A stretch of 56,806 nucleotides of DNA from a virus. Lineage: Duplodnaviria; Caudoviricetes. The first letter of the stretch is position 1; each line of letters starts with the position of its first letter. Positions 37,283 through 45,625 of the stretch are shown here, piece after piece. The translations under genes and the position numbers were made by a program. The notes below the pieces were generated by a model, which saw only the letters and a list, made by a program, of their open reading frames with translations, was not told where the DNA came from and made no database searches. The stretch is taken from positions 1 through 56,806 of the IMG/VR virus record IMGVR_UViG_3300017989_000017. One strand, written 5' to 3'.

Positions 37283-37617
37283 AGAACTACCGACGCAAGC
37301 CCGAGCCGCCGACGAACTACCAGGAGGAGTCGATCGGCGAGAAGATCATGGTGTGCTTCCCGCTTCTCTTCGGGGCGGTGATGATCCCGATTGTCCTCGT
37401 GATGTCTCTCTCGTCAGCGCTCAGGTGGGACCTGACACACCGGACCTTTTCCGGCGAGGTCATCGCGAAAGAGCGCGTGGGCGGAGGACGCCATTCAGAG
37501 ATCCTCTACCTCATCGTCGAGTCACCCGATGGCGAAGTGGAACAAGTCCGCGCGAGCGTTGCGACGTTCGCGGTAACCCAGGTGGGCGACGAGCGCACCT
37601 ATCGAATCCCGAGGTAG
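37279..37617 (+). CDS. Membrane-anchored protein with small beta domain
   Basis: TM CFPLLFGAVMIPIVLVM then GEVIAKE...QVGD. Confidence 0.55.
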   Translation: MKNYRRKPEPPTNYQEESIGEKIMVCFPLLFGAVMIPIVLVMSLSSALRWDLTHRTFSGEVIAKERVGGGRHSEILYLIVESPDGEVEQVRASVATFAVTQVGDERTYRIPR

Positions 37618-37622
37618 AAACT

Positions 37623-38030
37623 ATGAATGCACTCGCCCCCGCAGGTCGCGTCGCGGCTCTGCTTGTCGTCGTCACTCTCCCGTTCCTCGCCGGCCTGGCT
37701 ACGCGGCCATCTGCTTCCGCGCCGGCTTATCCGCTGCCCGGCACCTGGTCGGTCACGTTCCACGACCACTGCTACGACTACGAGGTCGAGCAGGGCGGCA
37801 CGGTCGTTCAGCGTGTCGTGGACCTGACGTTCCACACGGGGCTCTCCGACCTGTCCGCCGCGAACGAGTTCGCGCTGCAGGCGTACCAGCTCCAGTTCGA
37901 CGCGAACGGGCCGTTCGGCGCGGCGTCGGACAAGGTCTCGGTGTGCGCCTCCCCGTCGCCGCTGCGCGCGGACGACGAGCCCTGGGTCACGGGCCACCAC
38001 CCGATGCCGACGACCGGGGAGGTGAGGTGA
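37623..38030 (+). CDS. Secreted or membrane-anchored hypothetical protein
   Basis: N-terminal hydrophobic signal; two Cys. Confidence 0.55.
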   Translation: MNALAPAGRVAALLVVVTLPFLAGLATRPSASAPAYPLPGTWSVTFHDHCYDYEVEQGGTVVQRVVDLTFHTGLSDLSAANEFALQAYQLQFDANGPFGAASDKVSVCASPSPLRADDEPWVTGHHPMPTTGEVR

Positions 38031-38236
38031 TGCGCCGCACGACTTTCCTCGTCGCACTGTTCATCGCGCTGTTCGCCGTCTCGTGCGTCGCAACTCCCGA
38101 GGTCGCCGACCGCGGCGAGGAGCTTCGCGCCGCGTACGGCGAGACCGCGCAGCCCTACCTCTCGCAGCCCACGCCGCTGTGGCAGACCGTCCTCATCGTG
38201 GCGGCCTGTCTCGCCGGCTTCGCACTCGCACTCTAG
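38030..38236 (+). CDS. Small lipoprotein with C-terminal TM
   Basis: MRRTTFLVALFIALFAVSC lipobox; WQTVLIVAACLAGFALAL. Confidence 0.55.
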   Translation: MRRTTFLVALFIALFAVSCVATPEVADRGEELRAAYGETAQPYLSQPTPLWQTVLIVAACLAGFALAL

Positions 38237-38245
38237 CCCAGCCCG

Positions 38246-39406
38246 ATGTTCTCACTGAACCCCTACGTCTGCCCGCTCGCGGGCCTCCAAGGCATCGTCA
38301 TCGGCTCTCCCGAGTGGGTCGATGGCGGCCTGCACGTCGAGTCGCACCGCTCCGGCGGCCACCCGATCTACGGGTGGAATCACATCTGGAAGGTGACGAA
38401 AGCGTTCGCGCGCGCGGCCTTCTCGAACATGTCGGCGCGACCGAACCACTACCTCTACGCGAACCATCGCCTGCTCAACTACCAGGAGGCGGGGCGTCCG
38501 GTCGGCTACAAGCCTGAGGAGGCCGGCGTCGACCTCAAGAACGGTCGCCGCCGCTACGTCACGCAGCTCGGGAAGATCGATGTCACCGGCATCGACATGC
38601 AGCACTTCTGGCTCGACGGCCTGTGGGCCGTGATGGACAGCGACGTCGAAGACCTCGACGTGATCGGTCCCTTCGGTCCGCAGCCCGCGAAGCCGTCGTG
38701 CCAGCTCCTCGGCGAGTCGCTGATGCGCTCGCTCGCTGGGATGGCGCGCGAACTGGACCCGGCCTACGCGCAGGGACGTTCGCTTGCCCGGTGCCTCGAC
38801 TCGTTCCTGCAGGCGTTCAAGCACCGCGCGCTCCCGAAGGAGGACATCTCGTTCTGGCTCGACTGGATCGACCAGGTCGCGCTGCCGAACCTGGAGAACG
38901 CTCCCGGCGTTGGTCCCATCTGGGGCAAGCCGAACGCCGACGGGAGCTACTACTCGAACCTGAACCAGTCGCTCTCCTGGATGCTGCTTCCGGTGTGGGA
39001 GTTGGCCGAGGCGTTCACCTCTGCGAACCTCGACGACGAGCGTCGCTTCGCCGAGCGCTTCACCTCGGTCGCGGTGCGCCTCTCGCAGTGGATGCTCGAC
39101 ATCGAGGAGATCAAGGGCGGCCTCGGCAAGTGGGAGAGGCTGCAGCTGAACCCGACCGTCATGGCCGGCGTCGGCGGCAATGCGCTCCCGACGCTGAAGG
39201 GCGCCGTCACCGCGAACGACATCGGCGGCGACCCGTGGTACCAGCGCTGGGCCGTCGCCTCGGCCGACGTCGCGGCGCACGTGCTCGGCACGCCCGAGGC
39301 CCTTGCCTTCGGCGACGCCGTGCTCCAGAGGGGCTTGAAGGGTCACAAGAAGGCCGACAGGGTGTGGCTCGTCGACAGGAACCGGGCCCCGCGCTGGGCC
39401 GCGTAA
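38246..39406 (+). CDS. Hypothetical protein (386 aa, Trp-rich, helical)
   Basis: Long ORF with genome-typical codon usage; no motif recognised. Confidence 0.7.
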   Translation: MFSLNPYVCPLAGLQGIVIGSPEWVDGGLHVESHRSGGHPIYGWNHIWKVTKAFARAAFSNMSARPNHYLYANHRLLNYQEAGRPVGYKPEEAGVDLKNGRRRYVTQLGKIDVTGIDMQHFWLDGLWAVMDSDVEDLDVIGPFGPQPAKPSCQLLGESLMRSLAGMARELDPAYAQGRSLARCLDSFLQAFKHRALPKEDISFWLDWIDQVALPNLENAPGVGPIWGKPNADGSYYSNLNQSLSWMLLPVWELAEAFTSANLDDERRFAERFTSVAVRLSQWMLDIEEIKGGLGKWERLQLNPTVMAGVGGNALPTLKGAVTANDIGGDPWYQRWAVASADVAAHVLGTPEALAFGDAVLQRGLKGHKKADRVWLVDRNRAPRWAA

Positions 39407-39433
39407 CCGCAACTCGAATCGAAACCTGATCTC

Positions 39434-39775
39434 ATGAGCTGGACGAAAGAACCTCCGACGATCGCTGGCGAGTACGCCATGTGCATGGTCGGCCAGGACG
39501 GAAATCGAACTCGCTACCCCGGGATGCAACACATCGCCGAGGGGCACGTGCTCCCCGCGCCGTTCGAGCGCTGGAGCGAACCGAACGTCGATCCTCCGAT
39601 CGGCGACGACGAGTCCGCTCCTAGCGGGCGAGCTACCGACGGTGGCGATCGCGAGGCGTCGGCCGACGAATCCGTGCCCGTCTCGCCGACGCCGGAGGAT
39701 GCGGACCTCTCCGGCCCGCCGCAGGGCGATCCCGACGCTCCGGCTGCGCCGCCTCTCGGCGACCCCGAGGAGTAG
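39434..39775 (+). CDS. Hypothetical protein with acidic disordered tail
   Basis: WTKEPPT..GEY N-terminal motif common in small phage proteins. Confidence 0.55.
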   Translation: MSWTKEPPTIAGEYAMCMVGQDGNRTRYPGMQHIAEGHVLPAPFERWSEPNVDPPIGDDESAPSGRATDGGDREASADESVPVSPTPEDADLSGPPQGDPDAPAAPPLGDPEE

Positions 39776-39970
39776 GTGACGCGAACCGGGTCTCGATGCG
39801 TGGAGTGGTGCGCTCGATCTAGCAGAGCGACCTTCGAGCGCGCATCGCATTCGGCACTCGATCCAAGCGCAAGCGGGAGCGCATCGAGACCCACCCTTCC
39901 AACTACGAACACCTGAGGGCCATGCGAATCAAGGGACAGACTTTCAACGACCGCGAGAAGGAGGCGCAGG

Positions 39971-40243
39971 GTGCCGACGCCGAAGACTGAGCTGGAGCGC
40001 CTGCGAGCGCTGGAGTGGGATGGCAAGATCGCCGCCTACGCCGAAGACCTGGCTGACGTCTGCCCCGTCTGCGAGCGCGGCAGTCCAGCTGAGGTCTCTC
40101 GCTGCCGCGATGGTCGCTCCATGTTCGATCTCGACGAACTGGGTGATGGCCACGAACCCAACTGCTGGCTTGCCGCACGCATCGCAGAGCTGGAAGGAGG
40201 CGACGGTGCCGACCAATCCGAAGGCGCCGGGCAAGTATCGTAA
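39971..40243 (+). CDS. Hypothetical protein (CPVC...H.PNCW Zn motif)
   Basis: GTG after ggagg RBS. Confidence 0.5.
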   Translation: MPTPKTELERLRALEWDGKIAAYAEDLADVCPVCERGSPAEVSRCRDGRSMFDLDELGDGHEPNCWLAARIAELEGGDGADQSEGAGQVS

Positions 40244-41108
40244 GCCCGACCCGGCGCCGGACGACGGCGTCATGTTCACTGTCGACGAGGACGGCCGCGG
40301 TCCGAAGTGGCCTTACGGCTCGGCGCTCCGCTGCATCCACAGCTCGAAGCAGCGCACGAACGAGGCCCGCAAGCAGGGCTTGATCGGCCCGACCGAGATC
40401 CGCCGTTGCCGCAAGCCCGTCGCCTACGAAGGCGCGAAGCGGTGCAAGCGACACGGCGGCTCGGTCGGATCGAAGAAGCTCTCGCCGAAGCTCGGCCGCC
40501 CGATCAAGCACGGTCGCTACTCGCGGGGCGCTGGCATCCTTCGCGCGCACTACGAGGCGTCGCTCGGCGACCAGTCGCTCTACGATCTGCGCGAGGGACT
40601 GGCGGTGATGGACTCGGTCGTCAAGCGCTCGCTGGAGCGCATCGGCGAACTCGACACCGCCGATTTCCGCGCTCGCGCGCTGAAGCTCTACAACGAGGCG
40701 CAGGACGCGCCCTCCTCCGGCGACGCCGTCGCCGCGCAGCTGAAGCTCCGCGAACTTGGCGAGCTTCTGGAGCAGGGCGGTGAGGAAGACAAGGCGCTCA
40801 ACCTCCTCACGAACTCCGTCTCCACGATGCAGCGACGCGTCGAGGAAGCCTGGAAGATCAAGCTGATGCGCGACGAGACGATGAACGTCCGCGACCTCGT
40901 CGGGACGCTCGGCCAGATGGTCGAGATCGTCTTCCAGGTGTGCGGCGAGAAGGCTGGCAACGAGGTCGCCGCTCGCATCGACAGCATGATCCGCAGCTTC
41001 GCTCCGAACGGGGCTGGCGGGTCGTGGGCGACGAAGAGCTACAACGAGACGAAGAGGCGACTCGAAGGCGGCGGCAAGGTCGTCGACGCCGAGTCCACCA
41101 CAGACTGA
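40206..41108 (+). CDS. Terminase small subunit-like protein (HGGxSTG-type)
   Basis: RCRKP...RCKRHGG...IKHGRYS followed by helical region; upstream of TerL. Confidence 0.65.
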   Translation: MPTNPKAPGKYRKPDPAPDDGVMFTVDEDGRGPKWPYGSALRCIHSSKQRTNEARKQGLIGPTEIRRCRKPVAYEGAKRCKRHGGSVGSKKLSPKLGRPIKHGRYSRGAGILRAHYEASLGDQSLYDLREGLAVMDSVVKRSLERIGELDTADFRARALKLYNEAQDAPSSGDAVAAQLKLRELGELLEQGGEEDKALNLLTNSVSTMQRRVEEAWKIKLMRDETMNVRDLVGTLGQMVEIVFQVCGEKAGNEVAARIDSMIRSFAPNGAGGSWATKSYNETKRRLEGGGKVVDAESTTD

Positions 41109-41142
41109 ACCGAGAAACCCGAGACCCAGAAGGGGCCAACCC

Positions 41143-41559
41143 ATGTCCGAGCTTCGAAACCTTCCGCCCTCAACTCCCATCGTGGAGGTCAACGTCGACG
41201 TCCTGATCGCGTCGGCCAAGCTGTGGAAGGACATCTTCCTGATCTCGATCGATCGCACGCCGGTGCGCGTCGCGGGCAACAGCTACGACGACGGCAGGAG
41301 GCTCGCTCACTGCATCGACACCGCGCACGCTGCCGTCGATAAGGTCTTCAATGCGAATCTAGCCCCTGATGCGGTGACCTCACATGCGGACGCTTCCGCT
41401 ACGCCGTTCACCGAGACCGAGATCTACGCTGCGGTCAAAGAGGCAGAGGAACTGCTGAGGGAGTCGAAGGTTTGCATCCAGCCGGGTTCGAACGTTCACG
41501 AACGCCTTCGCAATGCGCTCTACGTCGGCGTCGGGAACAAGCCGGGCGGTGCATCGTGA
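41143..41559 (+). CDS. Hypothetical protein
   Basis: 138-aa ORF with aggggcc RBS. Confidence 0.6.
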   Translation: MSELRNLPPSTPIVEVNVDVLIASAKLWKDIFLISIDRTPVRVAGNSYDDGRRLAHCIDTAHAAVDKVFNANLAPDAVTSHADASATPFTETEIYAAVKEAEELLRESKVCIQPGSNVHERLRNALYVGVGNKPGGAS

Positions 41560-41855
41560 GCCGCATCAAGCGCATCGCGACGACCGAGTTGGTCGAGTGC
41601 CCGACTTGCGGGAACCTGGAGGCGTTGTCGGCGATCGCTGACCCGCGCACGCGTCCGGCCTGCACGAACTGCGACCGCATCTACTCGTCGCACGTCTGGC
41701 GCGACGTCAACATCGTCTATCGCTCGAACGCCACCTGGTGGAAGCCCTGGACGTGGGGGCGCGTGATCGCAGAGACGGTCTACGCGGACACCGGGATCTC
41801 GACTCGCTACGCGGTCAGCCGCGGCATCGTCATCGACACGGAGGTGGCATCGTGA
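41556..41855 (+). CDS. Zn-ribbon hypothetical protein
   Basis: CPTC...CTNC; WWKPWTW. Confidence 0.55.
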   Translation: MSRIKRIATTELVECPTCGNLEALSAIADPRTRPACTNCDRIYSSHVWRDVNIVYRSNATWWKPWTWGRVIAETVYADTGISTRYAVSRGIVIDTEVAS

Positions 41856-42136
41856 GCTTGCCCGAGAACATCCCGTCTCCGTGGAACAATGCCTTGAGCG
41901 TTGATGGCGAAGGCACGCAGCGCCCGACCATCGTCATGCTCGATGCGGTTCACGGCCAGATGTGCGTGGTCGCTGACCTGCTTCGGGTGATGATTGCCGA
42001 CGAGGTGGGCGATGGGGTTGGTGATATCGAGAGCACCTTTGCTGGCGTCCCGCCGGGCGACACAATTCGCGATCTGATGAGGGAGCGGGATCACCTCCAG
42101 GATGTGGTCGAAAACACACTTGGCAGCTCGTGGTGA
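41852..42136 (+). CDS. Hypothetical protein
   Basis: GTGA coupling, ggagg RBS. Confidence 0.45.
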   Translation: MSLPENIPSPWNNALSVDGEGTQRPTIVMLDAVHGQMCVVADLLRVMIADEVGDGVGDIESTFAGVPPGDTIRDLMRERDHLQDVVENTLGSSW

Positions 42137-42338
42137 CGGATGGAAGGCCCGCGCCGAGAAGGCCGAGGCCGAGGTCGAGCGGCTGCGGGAGGTCGTGCGG
42201 GAGTGCCGCAACGCCATAGCTCGCTACCAGTCAGGCCGACATCCGGCGCAGGGAGAGTGCCCGATCGGTTCGGCGGCCTTCGCGATGTGTCAGGAAGTGC
42301 TCCGTGCCGAGGCCGCGCTGGGCGAGGAGGAAGCGTGA
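42102..42338 (+). CDS. Hypothetical protein
   Basis: ARAEKAEAEVERLR coiled-coil motif common in phages; start uncertain. Confidence 0.4.
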   Translation: MWSKTHLAARGDGWKARAEKAEAEVERLREVVRECRNAIARYQSGRHPAQGECPIGSAAFAMCQEVLRAEAALGEEEA

Positions 42339-42586
42339 GCACACCCACGAGCAAGGATGAACTACAGCTGATGGCCGCCATCGCCGCAGAGGGCCGACTC
42401 TTGGGGCGGCGCTGCGCCAAGGAGCTGGCCGAAGAGCAGGGGATGCATCCCCGGCGTGCGGAATACATCTACGAAAAGTGGATCCGCAAGGGTTGGTGGG
42501 AATGCGGCATCAGTAGGCGTACGGGCTGGCTGACCGAGGCTGGCTGGGAACGCGCTGCCGCGCTGGGCGAGGATGGGCGGGGCTGA
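42335..42586 (+). CDS. Hypothetical protein, possible winged helix
   Basis: KWIRKGWWECG....GWLTEAG. Confidence 0.5.
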   Translation: MSTPTSKDELQLMAAIAAEGRLLGRRCAKELAEEQGMHPRRAEYIYEKWIRKGWWECGISRRTGWLTEAGWERAAALGEDGRG

Positions 42587-42753
42587 TGGGCTGCAACCAC
42601 CGACCAGCCCGGGGCAGGGCTCACGGCGCGCGGTGTTTTTCACACCGAAAGGGACTTCTCTGGGTTCCCATCGCGCGCACGGAGCCGGGGCGGGTGGACG
42701 CTCCACGCCCCGGGCTGACCTACCGAGGACGACCGAGGACGACCGAGGACGAC

Positions 42754-43224
42754 ATGATCGCCATCAACGAGAACTGGAAGCGGGCCGAGTTCCTCGCTTC
42801 GCGCGCGACCGACATCGCCTGCAACCCGGCCGACGTCGAGACCGTCTGCGCGCTCGTCAGGGAAGCTGGGCTTCAGGACCGGATCACGGTTCGCGAGACG
42901 CCGCTTCTCCCGCCGGGGCGCTACTACGCCATCGACCGCACTGCGCTCGACGCCATCTCGAAGCTGGCCTGGGGCCCGATGTCGATCGAGCCGATCCCGC
43001 CGGCGCTGCAGGACGACGACTTCCCGGCGGTCTCGGGACTCGACGCGACGGAGCGCCGCGCGACGTTGCTGGACGGTGAGCACGCCTGGCAGCACGCCTG
43101 GCAGTGCGGCTGCGATTCGGAGCCGTGGGTCGCGGACGGCGCGGCGTGCCCCGAGTGTGGCTACAACCCGGACGACGAAGTCGGTCCGTACGGCGGCGAG
43201 GAAGAGGGCACCGTCGAGGGATGA
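42754..43224 (+). CDS. Hypothetical protein with C-terminal Zn ribbon
   Basis: ATG after repeated gaggac RBS; WQCGC...CPECG. Confidence 0.55.
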   Translation: MIAINENWKRAEFLASRATDIACNPADVETVCALVREAGLQDRITVRETPLLPPGRYYAIDRTALDAISKLAWGPMSIEPIPPALQDDDFPAVSGLDATERRATLLDGEHAWQHAWQCGCDSEPWVADGAACPECGYNPDDEVGPYGGEEEGTVEG

Positions 43225-44720
43225 CCGACGGCGCACTCGGTCGGGCCTGGTCTCAGGTCATGATGTCTCGCGGCTCCGGCGACTTCGCCCGCTACCGCGA
43301 CGACCCGGTCGCGTTCAGCGAGGACATCCTCGGCCGCCCGCTCTGGGGCGCCGCCGACTCGCCGACCGGCAGACCCGGCCAGATGGAGGTCGCGCGCGCG
43401 CTCGCCGATCCCAACGTCATCGACGTCGCCTGGGGCACCTGCCACGGCGTCGGCAAGACGTTCTTCGAGGCGAACATGGCCCTGTGGTGGTGGTGCACTC
43501 GCAAGGACTCCATCGTCGTTACGACCGCGCCGAAGTGGGACCAGGTGAAGGACCTCCTCTGGCGCGAGATCCGCGAGGCCCACAAGGGCGCGCGCGTCCA
43601 GCTGCCCGGCATCGTCACCACCGTCCGCGCCGAGATGATCGGCGCTCCCCGCTGGTTCATGTTCGGCTTCTCGACCGACACGCCGAAGGGCCAGGAGACC
43701 GCGGTCAAGGCTCAGGGCCTCCACGCGAAGGGCGGGCTGCTCTTCCTCGCCGACGAGGCGTCCGGCGTCCCCGAGCCGACGTACAAGACCTCGAACGGCT
43801 ACATGACCGGCGGCAACGCGAAGCGTCTCCTCTGCGGGAACCAGAACCACCGCTACGGGACGTTCTTCGACGCGCTGCACTCGCCGACCACGGATTTCTC
43901 GTCGTTCCAGACGTCGGCCTTCGACGTGCCGGAAGAGTTCAACGGGCAACAACTTATGTCGCCCGCGTGGATCGAGAAGATGAAACGGGAGTGCGGCCCG
44001 AACTATGAGGAATCCCCTCTGTACCAAGTGCAGGTGAAGGGTCAGCCGCCCACCAGCGATGCTCACGGGCTGATCTCGATCGACCTTCTGCAGCAAAACG
44101 AGGGGTTGCAGCCCGCTCTGGAGTTTCGTTCGATCGGCGTCGACATCGCTCGCTTCGGGGACGACAAGAGCGTCGCCTACCTGAACGACCGAGGTCGAAT
44201 CAAGGCCCGTCACCAGTGGGAACACGCACGCACGAACGAGAGCGCCACGATCATCAGGCAGCTGATGGAGAAGTGGGACGTCCCGAACGCGGAGGACGTA
44301 CACGTCGACTCGACGGGGCTCGGCGCGGGCGTGGTGGACGACCTCTTCAACTCGGGCTACTACGTGGACCCGGTCGAGTTCGGCGCCGGCCCGTCGGAGG
44401 ACTGGGACGACGTGCTGGACTACGACCTGTACGAGTTCAGGAACCGTCGCTGCGAGTTGCACTTCATTGCGTGGAAGCTGCTGCAGCTCGGCTGGCTCTC
44501 GATCCCGAAGCGCTATCAACAGGCGTGGGCGGATGCGATCGCGATTCGGCTCTTGCCCGACGACCGGTACTTCAAGGTCGAGTCGAAGCAGAAGATGAAG
44601 GAGCGCATCGGTCGATCGCCCGACGATCTCGACGCGATCCTCTGCTCGCTGTCGAAGGCGTCCGTGGCGCAGTCGTACGAGGGCGAGGGCTTCGTCGTCC
44701 CCGGCGCGGGCGGCTGGTAG
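43221..44720 (+). CDS. terL: Terminase large subunit
   Basis: YRDDPVAF, CHGVGKT Walker A, TAP..Q, FLADEA Walker B, GVDIARFGDDKSV nuclease, VDSTGLGAGV.D, RSPDDLDA. Confidence 0.93.
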   Translation: MTDGALGRAWSQVMMSRGSGDFARYRDDPVAFSEDILGRPLWGAADSPTGRPGQMEVARALADPNVIDVAWGTCHGVGKTFFEANMALWWWCTRKDSIVVTTAPKWDQVKDLLWREIREAHKGARVQLPGIVTTVRAEMIGAPRWFMFGFSTDTPKGQETAVKAQGLHAKGGLLFLADEASGVPEPTYKTSNGYMTGGNAKRLLCGNQNHRYGTFFDALHSPTTDFSSFQTSAFDVPEEFNGQQLMSPAWIEKMKRECGPNYEESPLYQVQVKGQPPTSDAHGLISIDLLQQNEGLQPALEFRSIGVDIARFGDDKSVAYLNDRGRIKARHQWEHARTNESATIIRQLMEKWDVPNAEDVHVDSTGLGAGVVDDLFNSGYYVDPVEFGAGPSEDWDDVLDYDLYEFRNRRCELHFIAWKLLQLGWLSIPKRYQQAWADAIAIRLLPDDRYFKVESKQKMKERIGRSPDDLDAILCSLSKASVAQSYEGEGFVVPGAGGW

Positions 44721-44726
44721 GAGCAC

Positions 44727-44770
44727 GGACCTGGGGCGGGCGACGAGGCGCCCCCGCCCGCCCTGGGTCT
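44727..44770 (+). terminator. Long GC hairpin after terL
   Basis: ggacctggggcgggcg/cgcccgccctgggtct stem; no U tract. Confidence 0.45.
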
Positions 44771-44914
44771 GGCCATTCGAACGCCGGCGCGGGTAACAGT
44801 CTCGCCGGTAGCTTCCCGGTGTTCACCGAGCCGGGATCGCGACAGCGCGAGGAAGGGCCGCGGACTTCGGCGTGCGCACGCCGGCCGCTGTGCCCGACCT
44901 CGCATCGGTCTTAC

Positions 44915-44990
44915 CTCGGGGTGGCGCAGTTGGCAGCGTGCTCGGCTCATAACCGAGAGGCCGCCGGTTCGAATCCGGCCCCCGATACCA
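44915..44990 (+). tRNA. tRNA with CAT anticodon (Met, initiator-like 1:72 mismatch)
   Basis: 76-nt cloverleaf: D arm GCGC/GCGT, anticodon arm CTCGG-CTCATAA-CCGAG, T arm GCCGG-TTCGAAT-CCGGC, encoded CCA. Confidence 0.93.
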
Positions 44991-45012
44991 ATCACCGCGG
45001 GCGAGGTGCGGC

Positions 45013-45183
45013 GTGAAGCTCTACCCGTCGGACATGATCGTCTCGCCGAACCTGGCGCAGGCGCTCCTGCGCAGCGCGCGGCTCGAACAGGACGCTCGCC
45101 GGGTGCGGATGACCGAGAAGCGCAAGGCGAAGCGCGAGGCGTCGAAGCGTGCGCGCAAGGCGCGGAAGGCGGCCCGCCGATGA
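45013..45183 (+). CDS. Small basic protein (56 aa)
   Basis: GTG after gagg RBS; K/R-rich tail; ATGA coupling to the next ORF; below the ORF track cutoff. Confidence 0.5.
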   Translation: MKLYPSDMIVSPNLAQALLRSARLEQDARRVRMTEKRKAKREASKRARKARKAARR

Positions 45184-45374
45184 CCCCGCTCGACGACCGC
45201 TCCAACATGGAGATCGCGCAGCGCGCGACGCTCATCCGCTCGGCACGCCACTGGGTCTGGCAGTACATGCAGGGCAAGGACCGCGTCCCCGTCAGCGACA
45301 TGGGGCGCGAGCTGCGCGCTGCGATTCGCTCGGTCATCTACCGGAGGGGCATTCGCATGCCGGCCGGCCTGTGA
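45180..45374 (+). CDS. Hypothetical protein
   Basis: Coupled on both sides. Confidence 0.5.
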   Translation: MTPLDDRSNMEIAQRATLIRSARHWVWQYMQGKDRVPVSDMGRELRAAIRSVIYRRGIRMPAGL

Positions 45375-45619
45375 AGCTGACTCGCCGATCGCTCTTCGGG
45401 GCCGTGGCCGCCGCCGCTGGCGCGGTGCTCGGCCGGCGTCGTGAGGCTGCGCAGCCTTCGATTCCGTACACGTCCGAGCGGGTCGCCGCTCGCGACCCGC
45501 TCGCCTGTACCTGCAGCAACTGCGAACTGATCCGTTCCGAGCGTGAGCGGGTCGCCCGTGCGTTCGCCCAGGACTTCGCTCGCCGCCTCGACGAGCAGAT
45601 CTTGGGGGACCTCACCTAG
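45371..45619 (+). CDS. Small protein with twin-arginine-like N-terminus
   Basis: MKLTRRSLFGAVAAAAGAVLG; CTCSNC. Confidence 0.55.
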   Translation: MKLTRRSLFGAVAAAAGAVLGRRREAAQPSIPYTSERVAARDPLACTCSNCELIRSERERVARAFAQDFARRLDEQILGDLT

Positions 45620-45625
45620 AAGCCG

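Noticed and set aside
39922-39990. Tiny ORF MRIKGQTFNDREKEAQGADAED after the structured element
   Set aside because: Only 22 aa and overlapping the next gene; cannot be supported, though a leader peptide is not excluded
44915-44990. tRNA as an attP integration site
   Set aside because: No integrase in the genome, and the tRNA is complete and lies within the packaging operon
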